From Dipteris shenzhenensis (Eukaryota): a DNA stretch of 64,000 nt. The notes beneath the pieces were generated by a model. It ran no database searches and was not told the DNA's origin. It saw only the letters and a list, made by a program, of their open reading frames with translations. How positions within the stretch are numbered: position 1 is the first letter of the stretch; each line of letters starts with the position of its first letter. Shown in pieces: positions 12,607-24,700 of this stretch. The stretch lies in assembly GCA_047967505.1 (NCBI GenBank), contig CM106538.1; one strand, written 5' to 3'. The position numbers and the translations under genes were made by a program.

Positions 12607-14229
12607 GCAGTGAAACATGAAACCCATTCTACTAGATTTTGCACATAAGATAAAAAATGGTATGTGGGATAAAATCTTGGTGGACGCACTTCTATCTGGG
12701 CATGACTCAAGAATTTACTTTAAAATACAAATAGCAGAGTCACATTTAAAGCACCCAAAAAGCAATGTCCCAAACACATGTCTTAATTTGACCTTACCTT
12801 GCCACACCCTACAACAATCTATTTCTAGGGGTGGACAAGAAGGAGAAGACTACTACTCTTCCTAAGGCATGTAGAGGCTATGAAAACCTATTTCTAGTGG
12901 TAGACAAGAAGGGAGAAGGATCACATGGGCTAGGACAACTCCACTTAGGCGACATCCCATCACCATTTGGAGTATGGTTTATAGACATCGTTGCATCATG
13001 GCAAAGAATGAGGAGCAAGTTATCAATCCCTAAAATAATTGCTTGAATGGAAAAGGGTGAGCCAAGGCATAGATAAGGTTTTATACATGCTGCAATGTAG
13101 TCATATTTTCAGGTTGTTTCCCAATGGTAGCAATTAGATGCTGAATACTCTCAGCCTGAAACGCTAGTAGATCGGCTTCTGTATATGATTCCATTTTGAA
13201 CTTGCTCCAAGAGAAGGCACAGATTTTGGCCTCCTATCGTCGATAGGTGATCGATGCAAGAAGAGACTATACCCTATCGGCATGGTGAAGCGATCAATAA
13301 TATTAACCTCAACATCATGGGCCTTTCTATTACATAGTCCTCCTCCCAAACCATGCCCATTATAGGCCTAACTAATAGAGGTGTGTCCCATATGTCAAGA
13401 TCCTTTCAATACTGCCGCTAGGTATTATTGTTTGCCATGTAAGCATTAATTTCTCTTGGCATACGTTGTGAACATGATGGTATGTAGAAGCAGTTGTGCT
13501 TGCCTTGGTAACATGTGCTACTTACAATGCACTGATGGCATGTTAACTGTATGACATTTTGAAAATTGGAGCAAATTAGAATCAGGACCCTTATTTACAA
13601 AATATATAGACTGGGCATTGATCCATGGATGAGTTGAACTTTTATACTTAAGCCATGGACCAATCGAGATTTTTGTAAGGGATGAATAAAAGGACCAATT
13701 AAACATGTCTTCCAATCCATTAAATAAATTAACAATCATGCAAACACACTTTTCCATCCATTGCTCTTAATAGGGTAGGATGTCCTACCAATGCCATGGT
13801 AAATAACTTGGTGCACCTCTTTTTCATATCTTATCATAATAACTATCCAATATCTCATTATGGATACTAGCCTTGTAGGACGGTGTAAAACAAAAATTTG
13901 ATATCTTTATTGTTGTGAGATAATTTACTTTATGTACATAGATGTATGTGAAATAAGATTACATAGGAGTTATCAAGTAGAGGTAGATATATTATAATAG
14001 ATTGAGAGGAATGGAGTGCATCATTGTAAATACAATGTATCTCGATTATAAATGCCTTGGTATGGGGTAAGAGTCAATTGCCATATATTATGTATATGAC
14101 TTATAAATACCTTGGTATCGGGTGGGATTTGATTTTCACAGATATTGTGGGGGTAATAGAAAATAGTAAGAATGAGCCATATAAAAAATTAGGCCTCATG
14201 TCTATGTGTGATGAATAACATAAAAGATA

Positions 14230-15835
14230 CTATATGCCAAACATGTAAAAGAAACATGAAGGAGTTTGAACTTCAAAGGAGAATCCTTTAGAAGACTTGT
14301 GTTGAGCTAGAAGATTTTTCCTCATTAAATGTAGGAATTCATGTAGGTCCCAACTCACCTTGGCGCTTGTCCAATCATGTAGGCACCAAATCTTTTGGAT
14401 TTGTCTTTGATAGTGCATTCATCTCTGTTGAAGATGGCTCAGTAGTTATGTTGCGTCATTTGACCTATTGACAAGAGGTTCTTGCAGAGCTTTGGAATGT
14501 AGAGTACATCTTTCACCAATCCTTTCATACCAGTGAAATTGTTCATAGGGATAATGCCTGTCCCTTAAACTAGATTTTGTGTATTATCTGCTATGTAGAT
14601 GACATTCTTTTGACCATATAATGGTTTCAACTCTGTGAACCATTCCTGATGATTTGTCATGTGAGATGATGCATCACTATTGATGTACCAAGGATTCTGA
14701 TCTGCTTGGTTGACTTGATAGCTGAAATCCTCTTTTGAATTGCAATCAGTGTCTAGGTACACTGTCTAGGTACACTGTATCACTGTTTTGCATTCCTTGT
14801 TTGCATGAAACATATTCCCATGTTCAAATGTGACTAGAATCTCCACCACGATAATTTCCTCTATCATAGAAATTCCCTCGATTACTACTGGATTGACCGC
14901 CTTGGTTGTACTGCTTCTTGTGGCAATCTCTTTCATAGTGTCCAAACTTATGATAGTAGTTGCACTAGATGTTTGACACATTGGTGGATGCATTCCCTCA
15001 TCCTTGGAATCTTCCTTGATTGGAAAGAGGAAGCTGATGCTAATGTTGTTGAGGATGATGCTGATGCTGACTTTGCTGATGATGACCACTTTTCTGGATT
15101 GATCTACCTCTACCTCTACCTCTGCTTCTATCTAAAGCTGTGAATGCTTGATCATTAGAATAACCTTTGCATGCATGAATGGCTTGAGTCCTGAGTTCTT
15201 CACCAAGTAAGAATGACAGAAGTTCTTCCAGTGTCAAAATCTGCCATTGAATGGCAATACTCTGGACTAGATTCTCGTAACCCTCTCCTAGTCCATTTAG
15301 GATGACTTGAACCATTTCTCTTGGATTCATGGTCTCTCCTGCTACTGTAAGTTGATTGTTGTAGTCTTTGATCCAGAGTACATAAGCATGACCGGTTTTG
15401 CTGCTGTTGTGGTAACTCTGGTTTATTTGGTTTCTCAATGTGAGAATCCTGGAAGTGTTCTTGGACTCGTAGAGAGCTACGAACATATCCCATGCTTCTT
15501 TTGATGTCTTGACAGTATTTAGCTTTCCTAGCATCTTATCTTTCTTATCCCATTCTACCTGAGCTCGAGCAATGGTAGGATCTGCTACAGGTGTGGAAAC
15601 TATTTATGTAGTTGGAGATCTCGCTATAGATCTCGCTTGCTAGTGCTATTGTAACAATAGGTGGAGTAGAGCTACTACTGGCTGGATCATCCAATGGTCT
15701 AGGTGTAGATCCATCGACATACTCCCATTTGTCTTGAAGTACAAGAATGATCTCCATTTGGTATTTCCATGTGCCATAATTGGAGTTGTCTAGCTTAGTA
15801 GATGCCTCTAGATTGAGGTTGCTAGTCATAGACAT
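14230..15835 (-). pseudogene. Copia gag-protease-pre-integrase polyprotein, frameshifted
   Basis: ORFs 15545..15916, 15040..15534, 14565..14762 and 14230..14418 in collinear order. Confidence 0.9.
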
Positions 15836-17979
15836 GGTGCAAAAAATGCAAAGTGTTGTGAAAATCACTATCTGAATCAAGTGCAAAATAATGACTAGGG
15901 TAAGCACAACTGCCACATCATCACTGCATGTGACTCACAGTGCCACATCATCACTGTGCATTTTCACTCTTTTTTGCCCCTCCACTTAGATCAAGCTGTA
16001 TCTCTTGATCCAGGAGGAATTTGAGGGTGCTACAAAAAGGTGAAATGATCAATTTTTCATGCTCTACGTGCTCATAACATTATGTGCACATTTTGGTGCA
16101 AGAATCACTCACTTTTGAGCCTCATCGACAAATTTACTTCCTACATGCACATCAGCCTCTACATCGATGTATATGACACAGCACATAAAAAGAACCAAAG
16201 AAAAGAAATTATTTGTTGTTCTTTCATCAATTAATGGTTGGTATAGATTTGGATCATAGTAGACTAGATCACCATAGAGGGGACGCTTTGAATTTCCCCA
16301 AGTTGCCAATCTAAGCCATGCTCGAAATTCCCAACTAGTACCTACTTGGAGTCAGTCCCACAAGAGGTGTGCTAGTGAAGCACTATGGTGATGTGGCAAT
16401 CAGGTGCACATGCTGTGAGAAGACTATGCCTGTGGAGAGGTTATTGTGCCTATAGGGGCCAGTGCCACATGGTAGTGATGATGTGGCAATAGTTGACTGG
16501 ATTACTGGCTAGACTGATGAGGTGGCAAGCTAGTGATGTGGCATGATAAGGTGACACATGGATGCTTATGTGGCACCTATGGATAAGGGTGCCACATGTC
16601 ATAATTTTGACCACACCTTAATCAAGAGTTAACTTGATCGAGGGTTGGCTTGACCAACCCTATCCACTTCTTGACTAGGGTTAGGTTGACCAACCCTATC
16701 CACTTCTTAACTAGGGTTAGGTTGACTGGTTGACTGCCATGTGGCCAACTATGGACCAACCCTGTCTTGCCTTAACTGCACCCCTGGGTGTTGCTTATGG
16801 AGAACCACGTGGCCTTATCTACCATGTGGAGGTTTCTCTCTCAAAGAGAGCTTTTGCAGGTCGATGGTGGTCATGGCTTGTGATGCGAGCCCATTGGCTT
16901 GTGGTGGCGACTTGTTTGGAGGTTGTTGCAAGCTTTGGACTACGTGACGGTCGGGGCTCGATGGAGAGCGACAGACATTTTGGGCATGTAGTTGATGCTT
17001 CTTTAATAGACGGGATGGCGATGGCTAGAGGCTTGAGTAGTGAGTAGTGGGGCAGTAGTGGGGCATCGTTGATAGAGGTTGCTGCATCATTGGAGTGTTG
17101 TCGTCAATGGAGACCCATACAAAAGTACAATAGGTGAAACATTGAGGTTGCACTCTGGAGCTAGTCGGTGCTATTGCTTGTGGGTACCTGACAGGGGAGC
17201 TTGAGCTACAAAGAAGGCGTGGCTTGCTGGATAGAGTTGCTAGGTAGTCGTCGAGGCATCTTGGGCTTGCTTATAGTGTAGGCAAGGCTTGGAGTGGAGG
17301 AGCTTTGACTTTGCATGCAGCACGTTGTAGGACCCGCCTTGATGCTCGTTTTCCAAAATGACCAATCCCCGTGCTTTCTTTGATATCAACAACCCGTGAT
17401 CTTTGTAGGGCTACTCAGCAGAGTCTAGGAGCTCACTTGTAGAGAGTTGTTGTAGATGCATTGCCATGCCCGAGACCAAGAGCGCATGCAAGGCTTTGTC
17501 TGTGAGTCAATAGAGGACGATCATGTTGGAGGCTGGCCGAGAGACTTTGGTGGAGGCTGTTGGAGGCTATAGCCTTTCTCTCCCTCTCAAAGCCAATGGA
17601 GCATAGTCCCCCTTAAAGAGACCCTCTCCTCCCTAAGAGAGTACTATCTCTGTTCTTGCAGATCTCTCAAACTCATGAACCTCTCAAGTTCACTAAAGAA
17701 AAAACTCTCTATCTCTCAGGGATTAAGAACACTCATAGACTCTCTTTCTTACAAGCTCTCTCTCTCTCACACATGAATGGAAATATTGCAAAGAAAAATT
17801 AATCGAATGGAAGGAGATTAATGGAAATCTCTCAAACTCTCATCGACGGAATTCTCTCTATCACTCAATGGAATTTTTATCTCACGGAAGAGAAAACTCG
17901 ATCTCTTAATCTCCCACACTATCACACTCTCTCATACTCTCACATACGAATCACAATGCTTCAGCGAAAGACAAAAGGA

Positions 17980-17991
17980 GCTCTGATACCA
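17980..17991 (-). promoter_or_regulatory. Primer-binding site complementary to initiator tRNA-Met
   Basis: Plus-strand gctctgatacca = TGGTATCAGAGC on minus, directly after the LTR terminal CA. Confidence 0.93.
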
Positions 17992-18249
17992 TGACAAAAT
18001 ATGAAGAGGGGAGAGGAGAAGAATATAGATAAGGAGAGAGGGGATAGCTAGAGAGCACACCACAAATGACTAATTGTACACTAGATTTAGTTGAAATGGT
18101 AGAATATATACAAACCCATTTAGGATTAGGGTTAGGGCATCTAACCCTTTCCTTTATAGCACTTTATTTGGGTTAGTGCTATGCCCATATGATCACTTGA
18201 TGGTGCTATGCACATATGATCACATGATGTTGAGTGTGATCTCTCAACA
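17992..18249 (-). repeat. Copia 5' LTR (~258 bp)
   Basis: Minus strand starts TGTTGAGAG and ends TTGTCA, abutting the PBS; TATA-like ctataaa on minus. No second copy was found to confirm the far boundary. Confidence 0.7.
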
Positions 18250-19230
18250 TATGCTACCTACTTGCCAAATTGAGATCTCTATGAGATAATTGTTGCCCCC
18301 TCAATTATCTGTCATTGAGAAGGTGAGAGATTTTGTAGCTCTCCTTTGACCTCGAATGAAGCCAAAACCATATTGTTCAATAGTCCTCTATCTTATGAAT
18401 GATGCATCCCTCATTGCTTAATGAAAAGAAGTAGAGAGCAAATATGAAATATGTGTGCACCACTGCAGTTTGAATACCCCTAACTTCATGTCTACAACAT
18501 ATTAAACCAAGGGCCAACTCTCAAAACAAAAAGCAATTGGGGATCTTCACCATGTTGAGAGGGTATTCCATGTGGCATATGGCCTCCAAGACATCTTGTT
18601 TGATTCTTACATGGTTGTGTGATTTTAAAAGCAAGTGCATGTGAATGGGACCCTCTGTAGCATTCGATAGGCATGGTACTAGAGGTTGGGGGGTTGAGGC
18701 ATTGTAACATAAAAGGGAGTGTAGGAAAGATCTGTGATTCATCTGATCATGAGTTTATGATGAAGCCACTACATGCCATTTTATAACCCAGCTAATCCTT
18801 CCTCTTAATACCTTAGTTGCAGTCTTAGGATGGCACCCTCCTAGACATTGCCTCTAGGTTAGATCCTTGTGCCCCTATATCCTCTTTGAAATTACTAGTG
18901 TAAGAGCTTGGCCAATTTCTCTACTTTTATTTTCTCCTTAAGCTCGATAGCCATTTGTAAGACATCAATCTCTCCCACAAGTAAAATTTATAGCTCCATT
19001 AGTTGACTCTCCACATCTTGTGGAAGGTGGTCCTTAACTTCCAAGTCTTTTGATCAACAACTACTTAGAACCTTGCTTGAATTAGTAGGAATTTGAACTT
19101 CGTTGACCTCCATCTTACCAACCATCAAATCAAACTCCCAATCATGCATGACCTTGGCACTCTTAAGCCATGGTCTACCAAATAGGATAGGATAGGCATT
19201 TCTTCCATAGGAACAACCAACAATGTAACA
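18250..19230 (-). mobile_element. Highly decayed Ty3/gypsy pol fragment (protease C-terminus onward)
   Basis: PILFGRPWLKSAKVMHDW at ~19138-19192, the same motif as LLGRPWLQEALVLHD in the gypsy copy at 39.8 kb. Confidence 0.6.
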
Positions 19231-19699
19231 TCTAATTCAAGAAATGTAATCTCAAAAAGAGAACTCTAGGGCAGTCTTTGAAAGATTCCCTCTTTTTCAT
19301 GTGAATTTTACATTTATTTGAAAAAGATAGCCTTTTTGTGTGACGGTTTTTGAAAAAATACATAAAAACCATGCTTTTATGAAATTTTGCCGACAGTTTT
19401 TTTGGAAAACGGGCACAAAAACCCACACTTGGAATACCACAATTGCAAAAAATACATTAATTTTTTTAAACCAATACAATAAGGGCCTATGCATCCAATG
19501 CACATAAAAGGACCATGGCATAACACATTTTAAAATCCTAAAAAGGTACAAATCACATTGTTGCACAAACATACATGCCACTAATCCTACAAAGAACAGT
19601 ACTCATCCTCTGATCCTACACCTTCAAATGCACTAGAGCCTAAGCTTTGTGCAATAGAAGTTGAAGATCCTTCCTCCTCTAGGCTATCCACCACTAGAA

Positions 19700-22260
19700 C
19701 ATTCTCCGAGTTTTGTAGGGGTATCATGTTGAACAAACAAAATTTTGGAGAAATCTATGTCTTTGGAAAGCCCACATCGGAGGATTCTTCCACTAGGATC
19801 CAGAAGATAAGGGTGGAAAAGAAAGGCACCAAGGAACCAAAGAAAAGTGCTAAGGATCTAAGTCTTGAGGTGCAATAGCTTCAACAGATTTATGATGTTC
19901 CTGCTCCGTTTGATGAAGGTTCGTTTTTGCAAATTCAAAAATTATGGGACATAGCGGAAGTACACAATAACATTGATTCAAAATGGACCATCAAAGTTGA
20001 CACTAATATGGAAGAGATGACTTTGTTGCTTCCAAAGACACTTCCCACTGGTAGATCAATTTTTAAGCCAATAATAAAGATTAAAGATATCGTAAGAAGT
20101 GAGTCCAACAAGGAATGTGTTGAAATTCTTGGGATTGATAACAATAAGAAACCTATTGTTTGTATTGTTATGGAAGAGAAGTTCTTTTTGAAAGTTGTTA
20201 CTCCGATCACTGGAGTAGAACAATTAAAACAAATCAAAGAGGAAGGGAAGGTTAGTTACTGTCCATAAGCAATTTCTAATTTTCTATGTTTATGTAATTT
20301 CTTTTGAATACTATGAGGGATTCAATTTTGTTTTGTGTGACCAGGATCTTATTTATCACTTGACAAATCAAATTGTGGAGGTTCATCAAATAATCGAGGA
20401 GATGGAGGTATCAACTTCCAATAGTGATTCTGAGGAGCATATAGAGGAGGGTTATGAGGAAGATACCACAACATCACCAATCAAACCAAGAGGTTCTTAA
20501 AAGTCAAAAGGAAAGGGATCTTCCCGTGTGAAGCTGAAAATTTTGGCTCTAATACACAAGGATCAAGAACTCCCACAGTTCACATGGATTGAGAGCACCT
20601 TCTCTTTTAGGCCATCATGGATTGAGTGCACAACCCCCAAGTGGGCATGGTTTGAGTGCCCCCCCAAGTGGGCATTGTTTGAGCGCATTGCTCCCAAAAA
20701 AATGACCTCTATTGGTGGTTGCAAGTGCATTTCCTCTTGAGTCTTATGAGGATGTTGTCGAGGAGACTCCATTTATTGCACAAGGGACAAAACGGAGTAA
20801 ACCAAGATCAAAGGCTCCAAGGAGAGTACATCCATTGGATATCATTGAAATCCCAACCAGTGGTGAGCTGCAAGTACCAAGAGCTGACATTGGAGATGGC
20901 ACCTCAGATACACAAAAAAATAGAGTCCAAGCAAAGGTACAAAGAAATAACCTTGTGGATCGATAGACTTTCTTCTTACACATTCATCATGTTATCAGAC
21001 CTCCTATTGATCCTAGGACTAGCCTTCGGCCATTTGAGGTGCAAAAAATTCATCCTTTCCATATTGAGAATTTGAAGTCACGAATGAAGGACAATCCCCA
21101 TGCACAAGTTGGGAACTACATTGTGCTTGTGGATCCAAAAGATTGTCTAGACAAGGCATCTTTTGATCGTCGGAAAGCAAATGATTATGACTACTTTGTT
21201 CTTAAGGGTTCTCATTCAGCAGAGGCAAAAAGGCAAGTGAATATTGAGTTTCTGCACAACTCTCATTACAAGACATGTAATTCTACAGTTTATGGTAGTT
21301 TGACTAGCTTGATTCGGAGGCAAACTTACTGGCTTTTGATCTCACAATACTGATGACAATGAGTATAGAAAGTCCATGTCTTGGATAGAATGGGTTCATT
21401 TCTATCACAATGAGTTCGTTATGAAACTCAATGAGGATTGTTATTTGATCACTCCAGAGTTTCGCTTGTCTTTGTTGAATGAGACTGGGATTTTTGCAAA
21501 CAATTAAAGATCCATCAAGGCCAAGTGACAGCTTCAGATCATGTGATGGGATGTTTCAAATTGAATTTCATAGTGGGGGAGACGTTTGGGATTTGATAAA
21601 TGCAATTTTTTCAAAGTGGGAGAATTTTGAAATCAAAGGGCAGAAAAAACTCATACCTAAAGGAGTCAAGAAAGAAACCCAGACCTTGAAGGCATTACCT
21701 GAAGAAATTCGAGCCACAGCATGGAAGAGCATGCAGGGAATTAAAGATGAGAGTCTAATTAAGTCTGTACTTGGCAGAGTGGTGTCTGGGATCTCTCTTT
21801 GGATGAAATGGGCAAAGAATTTGATGAGTAAGTAAACTTCTCTCCTTTGCATCATGTCTCTCCTTGATTTTACATCAAATAATGTTTCAATAGACTTTGT
21901 TTCAATTGTAAAAATGAGAAGAATTTTACATGTGTTTTCAATGCAGGCATAAAATATATATGAGAATGCAGGAAGCAATGATCCGGCAATTGAACATGCC
22001 GGATTGGGATGCTATTCAAAAGGAGTATCCAGAGAGCAGTAGGATGGAGAGCTTGGCTCCATATTTCAATGTATTCAAAAGCATGATATCTCAGATTTGG
22101 TATACATATTCTAATGGAAAATTTCTTTCAAATTGTAGATTTGAATGTTTAAAATATTGAGCTGTTATTTCGACAACAACCTTTAGAAAAGAGGCACAAA
22201 GGGATCTAAGAGTAGTATGATGCCTGCAAGCTTTAAGCAATTGATTGATTGGGTTGTAAA
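19700..22260 (+). pseudogene. Decayed multi-exon gene encoding a ParB/Sulfiredoxin-like domain protein (likely transposon-borne)
   Basis: IHPFHIENLKSRMKDNP..YIVLVDP..YDYFVLKGSHSAEAKRQ (21039..21353) fits the ParB/Srx pattern (I..L..S+..PI.V..Y.++.G.HR..A). It continues as EANLLAFD..NEYRKSMSWIEWV and DVWDLINAIFSKWE. GT-AG introns at ~20251-20345 and ~21832-21946; stops and frameshifts present. Confidence 0.65.
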
Positions 22261-23137
22261 AGAGGGGTGTTTATGACACCTATCTTTCCAATTAAAGTTA
22301 AGCTGGTCCTTCCCATGTTTTCTTGTTGGATGGTGGTAGGTATGCATACTCTCCTCTTCAACAAAAGAGATGCTTATCAAGACTTTACCAAGCTCTAATT
22401 TTTTTTGCAAAAACATTATTCGCATTTCTTATCAAAGCTCTTATATACTTTTAATGCAATTTCATTGGTGCTTTACCTACATAAACTCTTTCTTAATTTT
22501 ATAATGTTCTCTTTCTATCCTTTACCCTGACTCTTTTGTCTTTTCACTATGCAAAAAGGGTTGTTGTCTTGTCTTCCACACACATGTCCTTTCCCTTGCA
22601 ACTCTAGATGGGTGCACATAGTACACTTAAGTCATTAAAGCCTTTTTTGGCTTCTTGACTCCTTTCTCTAACTTGTGTCATGCTTTCCTTTTAGAATTTT
22701 TCATGGGATGTTTTGCTCCAATTAGAAGCTCTCAACAATCCTCTTCCGGCTCTTTCTCCCTCATCCCAAGCATCTTTGGATGGTTGCACTTATTACATTT
22801 AAGTCACTTCATTGCTCGCCAAGCAATTTTGTCTTTCTTTTGGTTTTTTATTCTTTCTAAGAAGTCTTCCACCCCAAAAAATTCCCAAATTAGCCCCTCC
22901 ATCCTTGTTATGGCTATCATATACACTATTTTTTCCACTGGTTACTTGCAAAACCAATAGCCCCCATTTCTCCAAAATCACATGTCTTACTCAAGCACTT
23001 CTCTTACTCTTTTTCCATTGCTTATTTGACACTTCTAAAACATTACCTAGTCCTTTTTGGGTAGATAGTAGGTCATCACACTCGGTGATAACCTGCTGTC
23101 TCACCTGGTGTGTTGTATCCTACTAGGGCAAAGGTGG

Positions 23138-23212
<75 letters not shown>

Positions 23213-23358
23213 AACACACTTACTATTCTCCTTTTTCTTTTGCATACATTTGATTTCTTAATTTTTCCTTTTCTTATTTTTTCTAATTCCTTTTCCTTCT
23301 ATCTTACAAATACTCCCTAGTTTTTCTTGATTCCTCCTAATTTTTTTTAAATTTCTTT

Positions 23359-23409
<51 letters not shown>

Positions 23410-23771
23410 TGTGTTTAAGCTACTATTTTATTGTGACCTTGATAACAAGGGAGGGGTGTTTATGACACTTGTCTTCCCAATTAAAGTTAAGCTACTTCTT
23501 ACCATGTTTTCTTGTTGGATGGTGGCAGGTATGCAGACTCTCCTCTTTAATAAAAGAGATGCTTATCTGGATTTCACCAAGCTCTTTTTAAATGTTTTTT
23601 GCAAAAACATTATTGTCATTATCAAAGCTCTTATATACTTTTTATGCAATTTTGTAGGTGCTTTACCTACATACTCAAACTCTTCCTTAATTCTATAATG
23701 TTTTCTTTCTATCCTTTACCCTGACTCTTTTGTCTTTTCACTATGCAAAAGGGGTTGTTGTCTTGTCTTCC
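22259..23771. repeat. ~320-bp direct repeat (22259-22578 and 23448-23771) flanking an L1-like fragment and microsatellites
   Basis: gaggggtgtttatgacac...gggttgttgtcttgtcttcc is present twice. The minus strand at ~22.8-22.9 kb reads IFWGG...LASNEVT, like the L1 ORF2 FLWG..W..V region. Confidence 0.85.
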
Positions 23772-23799
23772 TTACACACACACACACACACACACACCC

Positions 23800-24700
23800 T
23801 TGGGGACCTTTGTTTTATGGGATTATGTCTCAACTTAGTATCCAACATAAAGCTTGGGTAATGTCATATATCAATAGAAAACCCAAAAATGGTTGGTTGG
23901 TAAGGAGTTTATATATATATATTTTAATGATAGAAGGTTTGTTTACTTTCGAGAATTGCAATGAAATTGATGGATGGAATATAGTTGGCCTTTATAGATG
24001 AAAGGACTATTATATTAAGATCATTGTTGAGCTGGAAGTTGGTTGGCTTTAACTGATTACTTATACGGATGATCTTTGGTTGGCTCTTATTGATGGATGG
24101 GACTACCAAGTCAAGACCCTTCTTGAACACTTTACCATCAAGTTTGATGTTGGGTTTGAATTTGAAACTCAGTCATAACTAATGATATTGATCCTTTGTT
24201 CTATTAACAAGGACATGGGGTTGCTTCTCTATTTTTTATGAATCTTCTTGAATTGAAAAGTCGGACCTACAAAGTTTCTAACCCGCATGGGATTTCACCT
24301 TATGGATTACAATAAGAAAGAATGGATGCATCCAGTTATACATCTATGGTGGCCTTGAAATGGTGCAAGTGATACATTAAAAATTACTCTTAGCTATTGG
24401 GCCACGTATCTCCACTACCAACCCTTATTGGTGGCTAGAGGCTAGCGAGAATATATTTGGGGATCTATAGGAGGTAATGGACCATGTGCCCATTTACACT
24501 CGTTATGGAGACCAAAGGTACATTGCAAGAGAGAAATACAACTCTCTAGTCCAAAAGAGAGTGTTTTACCTTATTGATAATAAGAGTATGTGAGGCTGAT
24601 ATGCCAAGCATTTACTATCCTAAGTGAGTGCTTTTGAGAGCGTGTATGGAGGGAAAACATATCCTTGACTCTCAAGAGAAGGAAAATGGAATGCACAAAA
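23800..24700 (+). pseudogene. Possible degenerate beta-class amino-methyltransferase domain, continuing the ParB-like gene
   Basis: LALTDYLYG at 24043-24069 (motif IV-like), then GWD after a frameshift. About 190 codons later: FTLLIIRVC..VLLRACMEGKHIL (post-motif-I helix/strand pattern). Very decayed. Confidence 0.3.

Larger units (their letters stand above)
14230..18249 (-). mobile_element. Truncated Ty1/copia LTR retrotransposon (5' LTR, PBS, long leader, gag-PR, start of integrase)
   Basis: Gag KLDNSNYGTWKYQM..WEYVDGS and SKEAWD..YESKN; CCHC knuckle remnant; protease PWYINSDASSHMT. Ends at the integrase zinc finger (PSCFFYMFG). PBS and LTR upstream. Confidence 0.92.

Noticed and set aside
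13300-13400. GHGLGGG on minus, like a lipase GHSLGG motif
   Set aside because: Lacks the catalytic Ser, is surrounded by stops, and has no other lipase motifs.
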